Shown piece after piece: positions 10,539 through 24,998 of a stretch of DNA of 64,000 nt (position 1 is its first letter; each line of letters opens with the position of its first letter). The stretch covers positions 1 to 64,000 of IMG/VR virus record IMGVR_UViG_3300017917_001342, one strand, 5' to 3'. The position numbers were made by a program, and so were the translations under genes. The notes under the pieces were generated by a model. That model was not told the origin of the DNA. It saw only the letters and a program-made list of their open reading frames with translations, and made no database searches.

Positions 10539-11474
10539 TTAAAGAAACGACAACTCAATCAAACACGCAGCAAGGTTAATTTCAGGCTCTGCTACTAATG
10601 CATGGTCCTTGAGACGATTTGCAATAATCACAATGGCTTGATGCTGTTTTGCTTCCTCGTTGCTCCACCAGTTTAGATTGCGATACAGCATACGATAGAT
10701 TTCCTCATAGTCTTCTACTTTAGCCTGCGCACAGATCACGTTACGTGCATCATGAATCTTGCCCTGTTTGAACAAATTAATAGCTTGAATCATATAATCC
10801 ATGCCACCCATACTACCGCCCTTGTTAGGACGGTTCAACTTGCCATTTGAACAGTTTTGTTGTAGCAGGTTAATACACTTGCGAAGATCCGGGTATGTAG
10901 CAATGGTGTATTCATCCAGAATTTCAAGATTTTCTTCTGTAAGATCAATGCCTTCCGCAATCAGAATAGTAGCAATGCGTGTAACGAACAGTTCTCTATC
11001 TAAATGCTCGATATGAAAGCCTTGACAGCGACTGTGCAATGCTGGTATGATCTTGTGCGGCACATTACAAGTAAGAACCCAACGGCACACATTGCTGTAT
11101 TCTTCGATCATATTACGCAACATAGCCTGTGCGTTATGAGACAGATAATCAGCTTCGTCTAGTAACACATAACGGTAATCGCCCATTGGCATTGTTTCCA
11201 CAAAGCCCTGTAATGCACGTAGATGATCAATACCAGTATGTTGACTTGCATTAACGTATTTGATGTCCGACTCAACAACATCAAGTTCGTTAAACAGACA
11301 TTTTGCCAGGGTAGTTTTACCTATGCCGGGTCCACCGCTTAACAATAGGTTAGGAATATCCCTGTCGGCAATCCAACTCTCTACTTGAGTTTTTTGATTG
11401 TCGTTAACCCATACATAATCTGCAATGCTCTTTGGACGGTATTTTTCAACCCACAAAGTATTGGTCTTGCTCAT
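10539..11474 (-). CDS. Clamp loader subunit (RFC/T4 gp44-like AAA+)
   Basis: WVEKYRP, GPGIGKTT, LLDEAD, SRC motifs. Confidence 0.95.
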   Translation of the reverse strand: MSKTNTLWVEKYRPKSIADYVWVNDNQKTQVESWIADRDIPNLLLSGGPGIGKTTLAKCLFNELDVVESDIKYVNASQHTGIDHLRALQGFVETMPMGDYRYVLLDEADYLSHNAQAMLRNMIEEYSNVCRWVLTCNVPHKIIPALHSRCQGFHIEHLDRELFVTRIATILIAEGIDLTEENLEILDEYTIATYPDLRKCINLLQQNCSNGKLNRPNKGGSMGGMDYMIQAINLFKQGKIHDARNVICAQAKVEDYEEIYRMLYRNLNWWSNEEAKQHQAIVIIANRLKDHALVAEPEINLAACLIELSFL

Positions 11475-11504
11475 TCTGCTATCCTGTTGTTGTAATGCTT
11501 CTAC

Positions 11505-11533
11505 AGTATGTTCTAACAGTGTCTAGCAGTCAA
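11505..11533 (-). promoter_or_regulatory. Early sigma70-type promoter
   Basis: TTGACT-17-CATACT. Confidence 0.6.
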
Positions 11534-11541
11534 GGTGTAAA

Positions 11542-11874
11542 TTAGGTTTCTATAGGACAGTCTTTAGTAGATACCAATACTGCATCAGGCCAATCTACTT
11601 TTCTAATTGTAACCACATTACCAGTGCCGTCATTAACATCAATGCCGCGAGTCCATCGGCCATGTTTGATCAGTATCCAATCGCCGATATCAACTTCGGT
11701 AATGTCTTCGTGTTTGTTCCAAACCTGTGCCCAGCGTTCTCGAATACCACGTTCTTTACCATTATCATCTAAGATGATTATACCGTTTTTAGTTCGTTTT
11801 TCGCCTTGTTCTATGTTATGTACCAACACAGTATTAGGCATTGGAGTTATAGCAGTAAAATTTACAGTAGGCAT
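11542..11874 (-). CDS. groES: Co-chaperonin GroES-like
   Basis: P..N.VLV, T..GIIILD mobile loop, V..GD.ILI. Confidence 0.8.
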   Translation of the reverse strand: MPTVNFTAITPMPNTVLVHNIEQGEKRTKNGIIILDDNGKERGIRERWAQVWNKHEDITEVDIGDWILIKHGRWTRGIDVNDGTGNVVTIRKVDWPDAVLVSTKDCPIET

Positions 11875-12239
11875 TAATTGTTATCCACTATTTTGCGACG
11901 GGGTGTATTGTTAGTTGGCTGAGGTGTTTCAACTGGTTCAAATCCCATGTCGTCACTGGTTACCTTTTTTGCTTTTGGTGCAAGAGCTTCTAATGCACGC
12001 TGTATACCATCGTCCTTTTTAAGATCAACAGTTTTAGTTTGTGCTTCTTTTTTAGCTCGCATTGCTTCCCATTCAGCTTCAATCTGTTCTTGTGTGCGTA
12101 TGACAACACCACCTGGACCTAATTGATCCCCTCTGGCATTTTTACCGGCATTGCCTAATGCTACCTGCTCTGCGTTGCTCATCTTGAGACGTTCCATGTC
12201 AATGACTTCGCCTCTCATGGTTATGTGTTTATTTGCCAT
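11874..12239 (-). CDS. Hypothetical protein (late-promoter driven)
   Basis: GGAG RBS; AATAAATA at 12277-12270. Confidence 0.75.
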   Translation of the reverse strand: MANKHITMRGEVIDMERLKMSNAEQVALGNAGKNARGDQLGPGGVVIRTQEQIEAEWEAMRAKKEAQTKTVDLKKDDGIQRALEALAPKAKKVTSDDMGFEPVETPQPTNNTPRRKIVDNN

Positions 12240-12272
12240 TTTACAGTCTCCAAGTTGTTTATAGTGAGATAT

Positions 12273-12794
12273 TTATTTGAGGAATTCTTTGATATCTAAA
12301 TCAAATTGCATAGGATTGATTCTGTTAATACCTATCAAGTATAGTACATAACTACTTACACTACTTCCTCGGCCTACACCCCAAAATATTCCACGTTCTC
12401 TTAGAGTTTGTGTCATCCAAATCAAATGTTTTAATACTGGTATCATGTCTCGCTCTTCAAACAGTTTGTATTCTTCACAAACTCTAATGCGCTGATCATC
12501 ATCAGTACATTTTTCAATACAATAGTCTAACACACTCATACTGGCCCACGGTTCTGGTGTTGACCATTGACTGTACCATTGATATTCATTGAAACAGGGC
12601 CTATCAGAAATCAACAACGGATCTAGACCACAATCCATTATTTCATTTGAATTATTATATAACACAATTTCGTCATCTGGCTGAAATATAGCCTGTGATA
12701 GAGATTTGCCAGAATACAATAGTTCAACAGCAGCTTCTACATTGCAAAGCACTGTGCCATCGTCATAGATTGTTCTGTTATCTAATTTTAACAT
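12273..12794 (-). CDS. DNA polymerase III alpha (DnaE)-like fragment
   Basis: GVGRGSSVSSYVLYLIGINRINPMQFDL matches the DnaE GRGS block; ends before the catalytic PDxD. Confidence 0.85.
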   Translation of the reverse strand: MLKLDNRTIYDDGTVLCNVEAAVELLYSGKSLSQAIFQPDDEIVLYNNSNEIMDCGLDPLLISDRPCFNEYQWYSQWSTPEPWASMSVLDYCIEKCTDDDQRIRVCEEYKLFEERDMIPVLKHLIWMTQTLRERGIFWGVGRGSSVSSYVLYLIGINRINPMQFDLDIKEFLK

Positions 12795-13891
12795 TATGTT
12801 TGATATATGAGTACTTTAGTTTGTGCTCTAGTAATAGCAGTATACAACCAACGATTTGCATCTTCTCTGAAACACCAACTTTCATCTAGTATCAATACAT
12901 CATTCCATTGACTGCCTTGACTTTTGTGTGCAGTAATCGCATATCCAAAATCAAATTCCTGTGTGCCTTTGAGAAATTTCCACTCTGGTTTTGTAGTGCC
13001 ATCGAAAAAGGAATTGTGTATTCTAACCGACACGTTTTTATCAGCAGTGTCTATGTCTAGTAGTTTATATACGCCATACTTAGATGTTGGTAGTCTTGGC
13101 GGTATAACTGAATTCACAGTAAACATTTCGCCATTGAGAATACCAAGGTCTTTGTCATTTTTTAGGCATATCAGTCTGTCATTACTAATTGGTAATGTGG
13201 ACTCAAATCCCAGCATGTTTCTAACTACACTGTTAACTGTGGTTCTGCTGTTATTTCTACCAACAATGATTTGACTATAGGACGCAAATTCATCTGTTGA
13301 CGTGATATTAGCTTCGATAATGCTGTCTCCATATCGACCAGGTTTTAGTTTATTACCTTCTCTTACAGCGGTAGCAAGATAGATTATGGGATTATCTTTA
13401 GCCTGGCGATGTATTTCTGTTAGCATTACATCGGGTTCGGCATTGGTAAAATAACCTTCGCCTGTTACAGGCGGTAGTTGTGCCGGATCGCCTAGTACTA
13501 AAATAGGTACATTAAACCGCAATAGGTCATTTGCAATTTCATCATTGACCATAGAGCATTCGTCTATGATTAACAACGCAGCATGACGCAACGGACTGTT
13601 TTTGTTTAATTTAAAAACAACAGACCCATCTTTTTGTTCTTCTGCTTTATAAATCAAGCTGTGAATTGTGCTTGCACCATCACAGCCATTGTTTTGCATC
13701 ATCAGAGCAGCTTTACCTGTATATGCAGCATACAACACAACTCCATTGATAGATGCTGCAAATTCTTTTGCAAGAGTGGTTTTACCTACACCAGCATAAC
13801 CAAAAATTCTAAAAACCTGTTTACGTTTTTTAGACGTAAACCAGTCTCTAACTGCAAATAATGCAGCAGATTGTTGTTCTGATAAATTCAT
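12794..13891 (-). CDS. Dda/RecD-like SF1B DNA helicase
   Basis: GYAGVGKTT, DECSM, GDPAQLPPV, YAITAHKSQGS, LYTAITRA. Confidence 0.92.
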   Translation of the reverse strand: MNLSEQQSAALFAVRDWFTSKKRKQVFRIFGYAGVGKTTLAKEFAASINGVVLYAAYTGKAALMMQNNGCDGASTIHSLIYKAEEQKDGSVVFKLNKNSPLRHAALLIIDECSMVNDEIANDLLRFNVPILVLGDPAQLPPVTGEGYFTNAEPDVMLTEIHRQAKDNPIIYLATAVREGNKLKPGRYGDSIIEANITSTDEFASYSQIIVGRNNSRTTVNSVVRNMLGFESTLPISNDRLICLKNDKDLGILNGEMFTVNSVIPPRLPTSKYGVYKLLDIDTADKNVSVRIHNSFFDGTTKPEWKFLKGTQEFDFGYAITAHKSQGSQWNDVLILDESWCFREDANRWLYTAITRAQTKVLIYQT

Positions 13892-13905
13892 ACTGGTTCT
13901 CTAAT

Positions 13906-14544
13906 TTAATCGTTTGTTATTATTTTTGGCTTGAACGGCGGTCTTATGATTTCAGCTGATTTCGATGGAGACTGTTGTTCTTCAATTGGAATAAGATCTT
14001 CCCAGGGAATGATTATATCTGGTGGATTTTTGAGATCAGCACCATCTGATGCAACAACATCTGCCATACCTGCATCTGACCTATGCCACCAGGGCTTGGT
14101 GAAGAAATGATTTGCTCCCATCCAATCGCTGTTGTCTGGCAACACATCATCTGGATCACCGTCAAATACTGTACCAAGTCCGTTGCTTATATCTGTAGTC
14201 ATGTGACTGGATGTTACAATAACTACGCCCTGTCCAATAGCATTTAGTTTTGCGTGTATCAAAATCTGCATTGTTACATCATGCGGCTCATCTGGACAAA
14301 ACATAATAGGATTGTTGAGATGTCCTAGCCAATCAGTTGAATACTCTCTGTTCATTGGCAATGCAATGCAGCCTTCTAAGCAGTTGTTTAACCAAAACTG
14401 CATACGCACAATGATATCAGCTTGCTTAAGCTTGTCTTGTCCTGGCAAGACTATCAAATTTAAATCCAAACTTGCATGAGTTACAACCAGGGTTTCCCCT
14501 AGAAGTCTCATAAAACAATATTCGCCACTAAGAGTGTTACTCAT
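13906..14544 (-). CDS. Hypothetical protein
   Basis: 212-aa ORF, AAGGA RBS, operon context. Confidence 0.75.
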   Translation of the reverse strand: MSNTLSGEYCFMRLLGETLVVTHASLDLNLIVLPGQDKLKQADIIVRMQFWLNNCLEGCIALPMNREYSTDWLGHLNNPIMFCPDEPHDVTMQILIHAKLNAIGQGVVIVTSSHMTTDISNGLGTVFDGDPDDVLPDNSDWMGANHFFTKPWWHRSDAGMADVVASDGADLKNPPDIIIPWEDLIPIEEQQSPSKSAEIIRPPFKPKIITND

Positions 14545-14553
14545 GCTATTTCC

Positions 14554-14802
14554 TTATTTGTTTTTTGGTTCTGCATCTGTGTCAATTACCACAGGATTAT
14601 TATCTATAGGAGTTTGAATTCTACGCATTTTTTCATATTCTAAACCTTGTAACAACAGATCCAGCTGATACAATATGCTATAATCCATATTCATACGTTT
14701 AGCTGTATACCAACGCTGAGTTAACTGCGTAATACGCTTTTCAAGGTCGTCTAGTGTAAGTTGTGTCAGGTCGTTTGATAAAGGATGATTTTGTTCTGTC
14801 AT
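14554..14802 (-). CDS. Hypothetical coiled-coil protein
   Basis: ORF in operon; ATG at 14802. Confidence 0.65.
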   Translation of the reverse strand: MTEQNHPLSNDLTQLTLDDLEKRITQLTQRWYTAKRMNMDYSILYQLDLLLQGLEYEKMRRIQTPIDNNPVVIDTDAEPKNK

Positions 14803-14832
14803 ACGTAATTTTACGGTGTAATGCCGTAACAA

Positions 14833-15114
14833 TCAACCTTTACGCTTCAAACTGCTAATAACTGTTTCTGAGTTTGAAAACATAGGATTGCTAACATGAT
14901 AACCATGTCCGCAGGAACTGCAATAAAACTGTATGGTTTTGAAAATGAGATTAGTAAAATCAAATCCCGCAACTTGCTTACATTCTGGGCAAGTAAACGG
15001 GACTGTTCCTAATGATACATGTTGATGTGTTGGAGTTACTCGGTCAACTAAAACGTCTGTAAGTTTTTTCCTGCGTTTTTTAGGCGTTGGAAACTTAATG
15101 ATATTGTTAGACAT
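14833..15114 (-). CDS. Zinc-ribbon protein
   Basis: CPEC...CSSC; GGAGG RBS. Confidence 0.7.
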   Translation of the reverse strand: MSNNIIKFPTPKKRRKKLTDVLVDRVTPTHQHVSLGTVPFTCPECKQVAGFDFTNLIFKTIQFYCSSCGHGYHVSNPMFSNSETVISSLKRKG

Positions 15115-15121
15115 TTTAGAA

Positions 15122-15165
15122 TTCCTCCTTAAATATTTACTATAGCAGTAACATATTGCGGAGAA
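15122..15165 (-). promoter_or_regulatory. Late promoter (GTAAATA) inside an RBS-sequestering hairpin
   Basis: TTCTCC-gc-AATAT-g-TTACT-loop-AGTAA-ATATT-taa-GGAGGA. Confidence 0.6.
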
Positions 15166-15177
15166 AAAGACTGTTTT

Positions 15178-15507
15178 TTAGGCACTAAATTCCAAACCAG
15201 TTGCGGTAAAACTGCAATCGCCGTTTGCAGTACTTACAACCACTTGATCACCACTGTTTAATGCAATACCACTTAGAGCAAACACACCGTTTCCTATAAG
15301 CGGGGTATTAAATGCAACGTATCTACTGAAATCGGGACTGGTATTAAATGGTAATATTTCTATGCTGAATCTATCAATTGTGCTGCTTTGATTAGCAATA
15401 AAAATACTCATTTGAGCTTGAGATGTATATGCAACAGTGAGCAACGTAGTTTCTATGTTTGCTACGGGCTTAACTTGTCCAAATATTCTAGGAGTAGTGA
15501 CAGTCAT
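15178..15507 (-). CDS. Small beta-rich virion structural protein (putative)
   Basis: Follows fibre genes; LNSGDQVVV-type motif; AAGGA RBS. Confidence 0.6.
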   Translation of the reverse strand: MTVTTPRIFGQVKPVANIETTLLTVAYTSQAQMSIFIANQSSTIDRFSIEILPFNTSPDFSRYVAFNTPLIGNGVFALSGIALNSGDQVVVSTANGDCSFTATGLEFSA

Positions 15508-15516
15508 TTTAATTCC

Positions 15517-16803
15517 TTATATGGTTATATACGTAGCATCTACTTTGACAACACTGCCATTTACTACACTGGCATATATCAGTTCCATTATGTTACCGTT
15601 GATGGCAGCAGTTGCAGTACCCAGTGTTGACGGACCTGTTCCACCACCTGTTGAATTTAAATTGGCATAGATATATTGGTACGCAGCACCGTTGTCGTGC
15701 ATTACTAGCAGTTTTGTAATTTCTATTACACCAGTTGGGTCAGTGACTTGTATAGTATAGTCTGCGCTGCGATAAACAGATATATCCCAACTATCTACAG
15801 TTACACCTACTATAGTAGTACTGTACGGAGCAACATTTGCAACACTTGGTAAAGTCCATCCAATGTTACCATCAACTTCTAATCTTAACAATGGGTTAGG
15901 TATGCCGATACCTACTTGTCCAGTAGTATCAACTGTAATAACCTGGCTACTATCATCTAAATTTGCGTTGTTATTAAGACCGGTGTGAATACTGAAATAG
16001 CCGTTTTGTCCAACCCTGATACCGACTACACTGTTTGCAATTGATTGTTGTAATGCAATACCAGCAGAGCTATTAATATCAGTAGTTGTAAATCTAATGG
16101 TATTGTCGCTGTTATTTTTTACAGACACAAATCGTGCAGTGTCGGATGATACTGCTTCGTAAACTTCTAATGCAACATTTGGATTAGATGCACCCAATGT
16201 GGATATATTACCTGCTGCCAATCCCTGTGCGTTCATTTTTACAGATGACGTACCGTTAAACTGAATGTTAAGAGGATTTACAGTTATTGCATCTGCATTG
16301 CTTACATTGATATTAGCCATACCAACATTGTTACTAGTAGTGCTTGTAATACTAATGTTGGAATACAATGGCGAATTGCTATGCATATCTATAGCAACAG
16401 GACCAGTATCACCGTAAATTAACACATTGTTGTGTATTTTAGCTTGCTGTGTATCTAAACTATACACAGTGTCTGGTACCTGGCCGCCAATAACAAGTAC
16501 TTCACTGGAAGACCATATCAAATTAGTCGTACCATCTAAGGTACCACTGTTGTTGAACTGTATTGATCTATCAGGAGTTGCAGCAGCGATGTTTGCAACA
16601 CTTACTATGGTATTGATAACAACGTCACCTGTGCCACCATCTATAATTGCATTGCCTCTTGCGTCGCCCTGTAGTACAATGTTTTTGCTTTGCAGATTTT
16701 CTATCTCTACTTTTATAGTAGAGAAATTGTCTCTGAAACCTTTACTACTTTGATCTATCCCTGGAATAGGATAGTTTGGGTTTACGTTGCTGCCTACAGC
16801 CAT
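15517..16803 (-). CDS. Virion structural/fibre protein
   Basis: N-terminal P.PG...S.GFR.NF module shared with 16840..20802; GQVGIG; TATAAATA upstream. Confidence 0.75.
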   Translation of the reverse strand: MAVGSNVNPNYPIPGIDQSSKGFRDNFSTIKVEIENLQSKNIVLQGDARGNAIIDGGTGDVVINTIVSVANIAAATPDRSIQFNNSGTLDGTTNLIWSSSEVLVIGGQVPDTVYSLDTQQAKIHNNVLIYGDTGPVAIDMHSNSPLYSNISITSTTSNNVGMANINVSNADAITVNPLNIQFNGTSSVKMNAQGLAAGNISTLGASNPNVALEVYEAVSSDTARFVSVKNNSDNTIRFTTTDINSSAGIALQQSIANSVVGIRVGQNGYFSIHTGLNNNANLDDSSQVITVDTTGQVGIGIPNPLLRLEVDGNIGWTLPSVANVAPYSTTIVGVTVDSWDISVYRSADYTIQVTDPTGVIEITKLLVMHDNGAAYQYIYANLNSTGGGTGPSTLGTATAAINGNIMELIYASVVNGSVVKVDATYITI

Positions 16804-16825
16804 ATTATCATCCTAATATATGCAA

Positions 16826-16833
16826 TATTTATA
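16826..16833 (-). promoter_or_regulatory. T4-type late promoter TATAAATA
   Basis: Exact match about 23 nt upstream of ATG 16803. Confidence 0.75.
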
Positions 16834-16839
16834 TGTGTG

Positions 16840-20802
<3,963 letters not shown>

Positions 20803-20810
20803 GGTTTCAC

Positions 20811-20844
20811 TGCACTGCGTATCATGGATTATTTATCGCATGCA
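20811..20844 (-). promoter_or_regulatory. Late promoter GATAAATA within an inverted repeat
   Basis: TGCATGCG...CGCA(G)TGCA flanking GATAAATA (20837-20830). Confidence 0.55.
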
Positions 20845-20852
20845 ACTAACTG

Positions 20853-23657
20853 TCAGACAACGACATTGTGACCGCTTATTTGAGGAGTTGTGATACGCAG
20901 TAAACGTCTCAACAAAGTAATACTCTGAGTGGTTGGTATACCTTGATCAAACGTTGTACTATACAGATCAAAAATAGTAAACTCTTGATCAAAAATTGTA
21001 GTACCCCATGCGAGATAAGCTATTCCCTGCCATAATACATAGTCGTCGTCAAATCGAGTGTTGCCAAAATCAAAAATTTCTAAATTATTATCAAATATTG
21101 TGTCTTTTGGTTCTAACCATTCAGCAAAGAACGTGCCGCCGCCGTCCCATTGTGTTTGGCCGCCATCAAATGTAGTGTCGCCTGTCCAGTTGATGCCTTG
21201 CATTTCTATTATTGCATGCTGTAACGGCCATCGGTTGTAATAGAATTCTGCGTTGACTTCCGGAGTTTGTCTATTAACTACATCATCGCCATATGATGTA
21301 TACACTGTTCCAATACCAATATAAGGGAACCACGTTTTTTGCCATGATGGTAGTAACTCTTTGCCAGCAACACTAACTGATGCAGATGTATATCCTGCAC
21401 CACCATCTATTACTCTACAGTCCAATATGCCCAATTTAAATGTGACATCTGCAGGTAAGCTGTTAATATCGGTGTCGTTTGTCAAACGCATTATACCAAC
21501 TGGCCACACTGTGTAACTACCACCTGTGATTATTTCAAAATTTAAAATACTACCGTTTTCATCGACTTCGCTTACTTTGACAATTGCAGGACTATTACTA
21601 GTGTGGCTGATAGTAATTTCCTGTCCAACAGTCCAATTTGTACCAGGATAGTTGATTGTGTAACCGATTACAGTTAAATTACTTGAAATTGTAGCAGGTA
21701 TTGTGCCACCAGATACTACAATAGTTGGTTCATACAAATAGCCAGATCCTGGATTGATGATTTCAATACCAGTAATAGTGTTAGTACCGTAATCTATAAT
21801 AGCTTGTAATTCTGCACCAGATCCTTGCCCATCTGTAACCCATCCCAATCCAGAAATAAGATCATTACGTATGTTTTCGAGACTAGGAGGATATGTTGGT
21901 GCAAATTTTATTTGCCAATTGCTGTTTGTTCCTGCGCCACTTGTAAGTTGACTGTCTATTATGATAACGTAATCGCTGACAAATGTAATAGGACCCTGCA
22001 TCCAAACTGTTGGGTTATTGGTGTTAGATATACGTAGCTGAGTTCCTACAACAAGACTGCTGCTAGCTGGTAGCATAGTAAGAGAATCAAATGTCACTAG
22101 TCCTTTTGACACTGTAACAGTGTCATTGCTGACACCCAATACATCTGCAATTTGTGGTATTACAGAATCTGCACCGTCTGTATTATCTAACACAGAACTG
22201 TAAAAAAATGTAGTTGTTGGGCTAACTTCAACGTTGGTAACTGCACCTATCATTACTTCGCTTGTATGTAGATGTAGGTTTGCAAAATTAATAGCCGTCG
22301 ATGGATTATCTACTGAATAGTTTAATCCTGTTATCAATGGTATGTATGGTGTGTATTGAAGTTCTTGAGGTGTAACATTTGCATCAGGAACCCAGGAATA
22401 GTTGATCACAGTTCCGGCGTAATTGTAATAGGCGTTTTTGATATTGCCTTCTAGCGGTATCGTTAAATTTAAATACTGATATTTTACGCCGCGTTGAACA
22501 GACAGCGTGTATCTACGAGTTATAGTTTGTACACCATCATTTGCACTTATATCAAAATAATAGTCTCTATCTCTAGTTTGGAATTCTAAAAATCCACTTA
22601 TAAAACCAAACTGTCTATCAAGTATCAATGTTCTAGGTAAAATACCACCTACTAGATTGTAGTCAATTGTACCCGGCTGTGTAGTAATTGCACTGACATC
22701 AAATGCATGGAATCGACCATCTAAGACTGGACCCAGGTTTGCAGAACTGTTAGTCCATCGTAAGAAATCGCCAATGCTTGAAGGATTACCAATAATGTCA
22801 AATGTTCTAATAGAAACACCGTTGACACTTGTTGCAGCAACAGTAAATTGATACACAGTTGTAGTATATTCTACTGGCAAATTACCATAGATCAATGCTT
22901 GATTAGATACAGAAGCGTTGCTTACAAGTGTAAAAGGAAAACTAGGTGTGCTCGACACAATGCTGTATGATATAGGTACACCGCTGCTTTCATATGCAGC
23001 TATAGGTACTTCAACAAATTGATTTTCAAAATCCTCAGCTATTAACCCACTTGGTGTAACCCATGCAGGTGCATGCGGTATTGTCAATACTGAAATAGTT
23101 ACATCGAGATCGCTATAGACTGCACCAGTTGTTGCACGTATCGTAAATGGTGTGATCACATCTGACAACACTGTGGGAGCAATGTATGTTATTACACCAG
23201 TTTGCGAATTTATAGATAAACCCACAGGCGGTGTAAATTCTGGAATACTATACACAATAGGATATGCAGTGTCAGTTGTTGCAGACACTGTATAGGTTGT
23301 AGTAACTCCGCTAGATGCATAGCCTAAAAATGATCGTTGTCCAAACCAGCTAGGTGCATTAACCACCGGTGTGATTGCTATGGTAAATGTGCGGTCAGCT
23401 ACTTGATTTTGTGGATTAGTAATTCGCCATGTTATTTGGCTAACAGTGTTTATTGCAACGCCGTTACTTTCGCCTGTTATCACAATGGTATTGTTCTGTC
23501 TTTGCCATTGCAGTCCGGCTGGTAAATTACCATTTAGACGAGTTACTGTGCTGTCAGTTGGTGCAGAAAATGATACAGTCAACGGATTAATGTTGAAGCT
23601 GTAAGTTTCAATATACGTGCCTAAATTACCAGGCGTTATCCAAATAGGTACTGTCAT
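20853..23657 (-). CDS. Large virion protein with Ig/cadherin-like repeats (baseplate/wedge-like, putative)
   Basis: P.W.TP.G.L repeats, GLSINSQTGVI, IINPGSGY motifs, TTFD repeats; late promoter. Confidence 0.7.
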   Translation of the reverse strand: MTVPIWITPGNLGTYIETYSFNINPLTVSFSAPTDSTVTRLNGNLPAGLQWQRQNNTIVITGESNGVAINTVSQITWRITNPQNQVADRTFTIAITPVVNAPSWFGQRSFLGYASSGVTTTYTVSATTDTAYPIVYSIPEFTPPVGLSINSQTGVITYIAPTVLSDVITPFTIRATTGAVYSDLDVTISVLTIPHAPAWVTPSGLIAEDFENQFVEVPIAAYESSGVPISYSIVSSTPSFPFTLVSNASVSNQALIYGNLPVEYTTTVYQFTVAATSVNGVSIRTFDIIGNPSSIGDFLRWTNSSANLGPVLDGRFHAFDVSAITTQPGTIDYNLVGGILPRTLILDRQFGFISGFLEFQTRDRDYYFDISANDGVQTITRRYTLSVQRGVKYQYLNLTIPLEGNIKNAYYNYAGTVINYSWVPDANVTPQELQYTPYIPLITGLNYSVDNPSTAINFANLHLHTSEVMIGAVTNVEVSPTTTFFYSSVLDNTDGADSVIPQIADVLGVSNDTVTVSKGLVTFDSLTMLPASSSLVVGTQLRISNTNNPTVWMQGPITFVSDYVIIIDSQLTSGAGTNSNWQIKFAPTYPPSLENIRNDLISGLGWVTDGQGSGAELQAIIDYGTNTITGIEIINPGSGYLYEPTIVVSGGTIPATISSNLTVIGYTINYPGTNWTVGQEITISHTSNSPAIVKVSEVDENGSILNFEIITGGSYTVWPVGIMRLTNDTDINSLPADVTFKLGILDCRVIDGGAGYTSASVSVAGKELLPSWQKTWFPYIGIGTVYTSYGDDVVNRQTPEVNAEFYYNRWPLQHAIIEMQGINWTGDTTFDGGQTQWDGGGTFFAEWLEPKDTIFDNNLEIFDFGNTRFDDDYVLWQGIAYLAWGTTIFDQEFTIFDLYSTTFDQGIPTTQSITLLRRLLRITTPQISGHNVVV

Positions 23658-23661
23658 GATT

Positions 23662-23689
23662 CATCCGATTGTATGATATTTATCGGATG
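23662..23689 (-). promoter_or_regulatory. Late promoter GATAAATA with 8-bp RBS hairpin
   Basis: CATCCGAT...ATCGGATG perfect inverted repeat. Confidence 0.6.
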
Positions 23690-24213
23690 GCTTTGACTAC
23701 CTCATCTTCTAGCCAAGCACGCTTTGCAAAAACAATGTTCTCGCTTAGTGCCAACTTAACGTGCAATAACGATTCGTCAGTTCGTAGATATAAACTGGTA
23801 CCACCGTAGGTGTGAAAATAATCTTGTTTATAAACACCTAGATTAGATTTGTACCAGTCTCTAATATCTAAATCGCCCTGTCGTACATATAGAGAGTATC
23901 TATACTTTTTGTAGTACAGTTGATCTCGTAATTCTAAAGTAAGACCTTGACGCAGTTGTTGTTCAGCAACTTCATTAAATGGTTTGCTGTAGTCTACTAC
24001 GCGATCACCAAAAATCTCAATTAGCTGATTGTAGCCAGATTCATTACAGTAAAATCTATCGTTTACCTGTTTCCTACTAAGACTGTGTGTGCGTTTTTTA
24101 TGAGACCCTGGCAAATTTTTCTTACACCATTCGACAGGATCACTGTCACCGTTTGCAGTGGCAATTTGAACCATGTGTGTGTATTTTTTATAGTAGAGTT
24201 CAGTAGTCCACAT
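23680..24213 (-). CDS. Hypothetical (two internal LYYKKY repeats; possible distant FxLxW-like fold)
   Basis: ELYYKKY/QLYYKKY, EWCKKN, LYLRTDESLLHVKL. Confidence 0.65.
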   Translation of the reverse strand: MWTTELYYKKYTHMVQIATANGDSDPVEWCKKNLPGSHKKRTHSLSRKQVNDRFYCNESGYNQLIEIFGDRVVDYSKPFNEVAEQQLRQGLTLELRDQLYYKKYRYSLYVRQGDLDIRDWYKSNLGVYKQDYFHTYGGTSLYLRTDESLLHVKLALSENIVFAKRAWLEDEVVKAIR

Positions 24214-24215
24214 GC

Positions 24216-24569
24216 TTAGTTCTTTAGATCTGTGGCTAACTGGAAGCTCTCGCCGCATCCACAGGTGTTGATTGCCAAAGGGTTTGACCATATTAATTGC
24301 GATTCAAATTCAGTTGTTTTTAGATCAAGTATGCTGCCGATAATGCTTAGAATACTTGCACCGTCTATTACTACTCGGCAACTATCCCAATTAACTACTT
24401 CGTCAAATTTACCGTATTGATCCCATTCGCAGAGATCGTAGGTATATTTGTGACCACTACAGCCTTTGTTGTTAACCCCAACACGCAGATGCTTGTTGGG
24501 ATTGTTTTTTAGTATTTCACTGATATACTGCTTGGCAGCAGGTGTAATTGTTATAAACTCTCGTGTCAC
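24216..24569 (-). CDS. iscA: A-type Fe-S carrier IscA/HesB
   Basis: GCSG and CGCGESF motifs. Confidence 0.9.
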   Translation of the reverse strand: MTREFITITPAAKQYISEILKNNPNKHLRVGVNNKGCSGHKYTYDLCEWDQYGKFDEVVNWDSCRVVIDGASILSIIGSILDLKTTEFESQLIWSNPLAINTCGCGESFQLATDLKN

Positions 24570-24895
24570 TTATCAAATCCATCGCTAAGCATCATGAACA
24601 ACATCTTTTGTTCAATTGCTTCGTCGATGTTAGGCCACATTGACTTCAATTGATCAGCAGTGATTTCGACATACTGATTTTGAGCTTTTTTCTTTGCCAA
24701 CACATCCATTTGAATGCTGGGCTTCCAAGATGAATGTTTGTTGACACTGATAGTTTTGCCAACAATCGCCCAAAACGCAAATGCAACCTGTTGATAATTG
24801 CGCACATTGGTACCAGATGTTGGTACCATCCAACCCCAAATTTTATTACCGGGCTCGTAGTACATAACTTGTTTGATCTCGTAATTTGCGGTCAT
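24566..24895 (-). CDS. Hypothetical, paralog of 36071..36364 (WGR-like, tentative)
   Basis: KIWG...FW...G...K..Y.......WP pattern shared. Confidence 0.6.
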   Translation of the reverse strand: MTANYEIKQVMYYEPGNKIWGWMVPTSGTNVRNYQQVAFAFWAIVGKTISVNKHSSWKPSIQMDVLAKKKAQNQYVEITADQLKSMWPNIDEAIEQKMLFMMLSDGFDK

Positions 24896-24998
24896 GGCAT
24901 CCAACTCAAATGTTGTTCATATGTCAGTAGTATATATGACTTTATCATTTTGTCTAGGTATTATTTGCAGATATTTTGCTGATCTGGCATAATTTACT

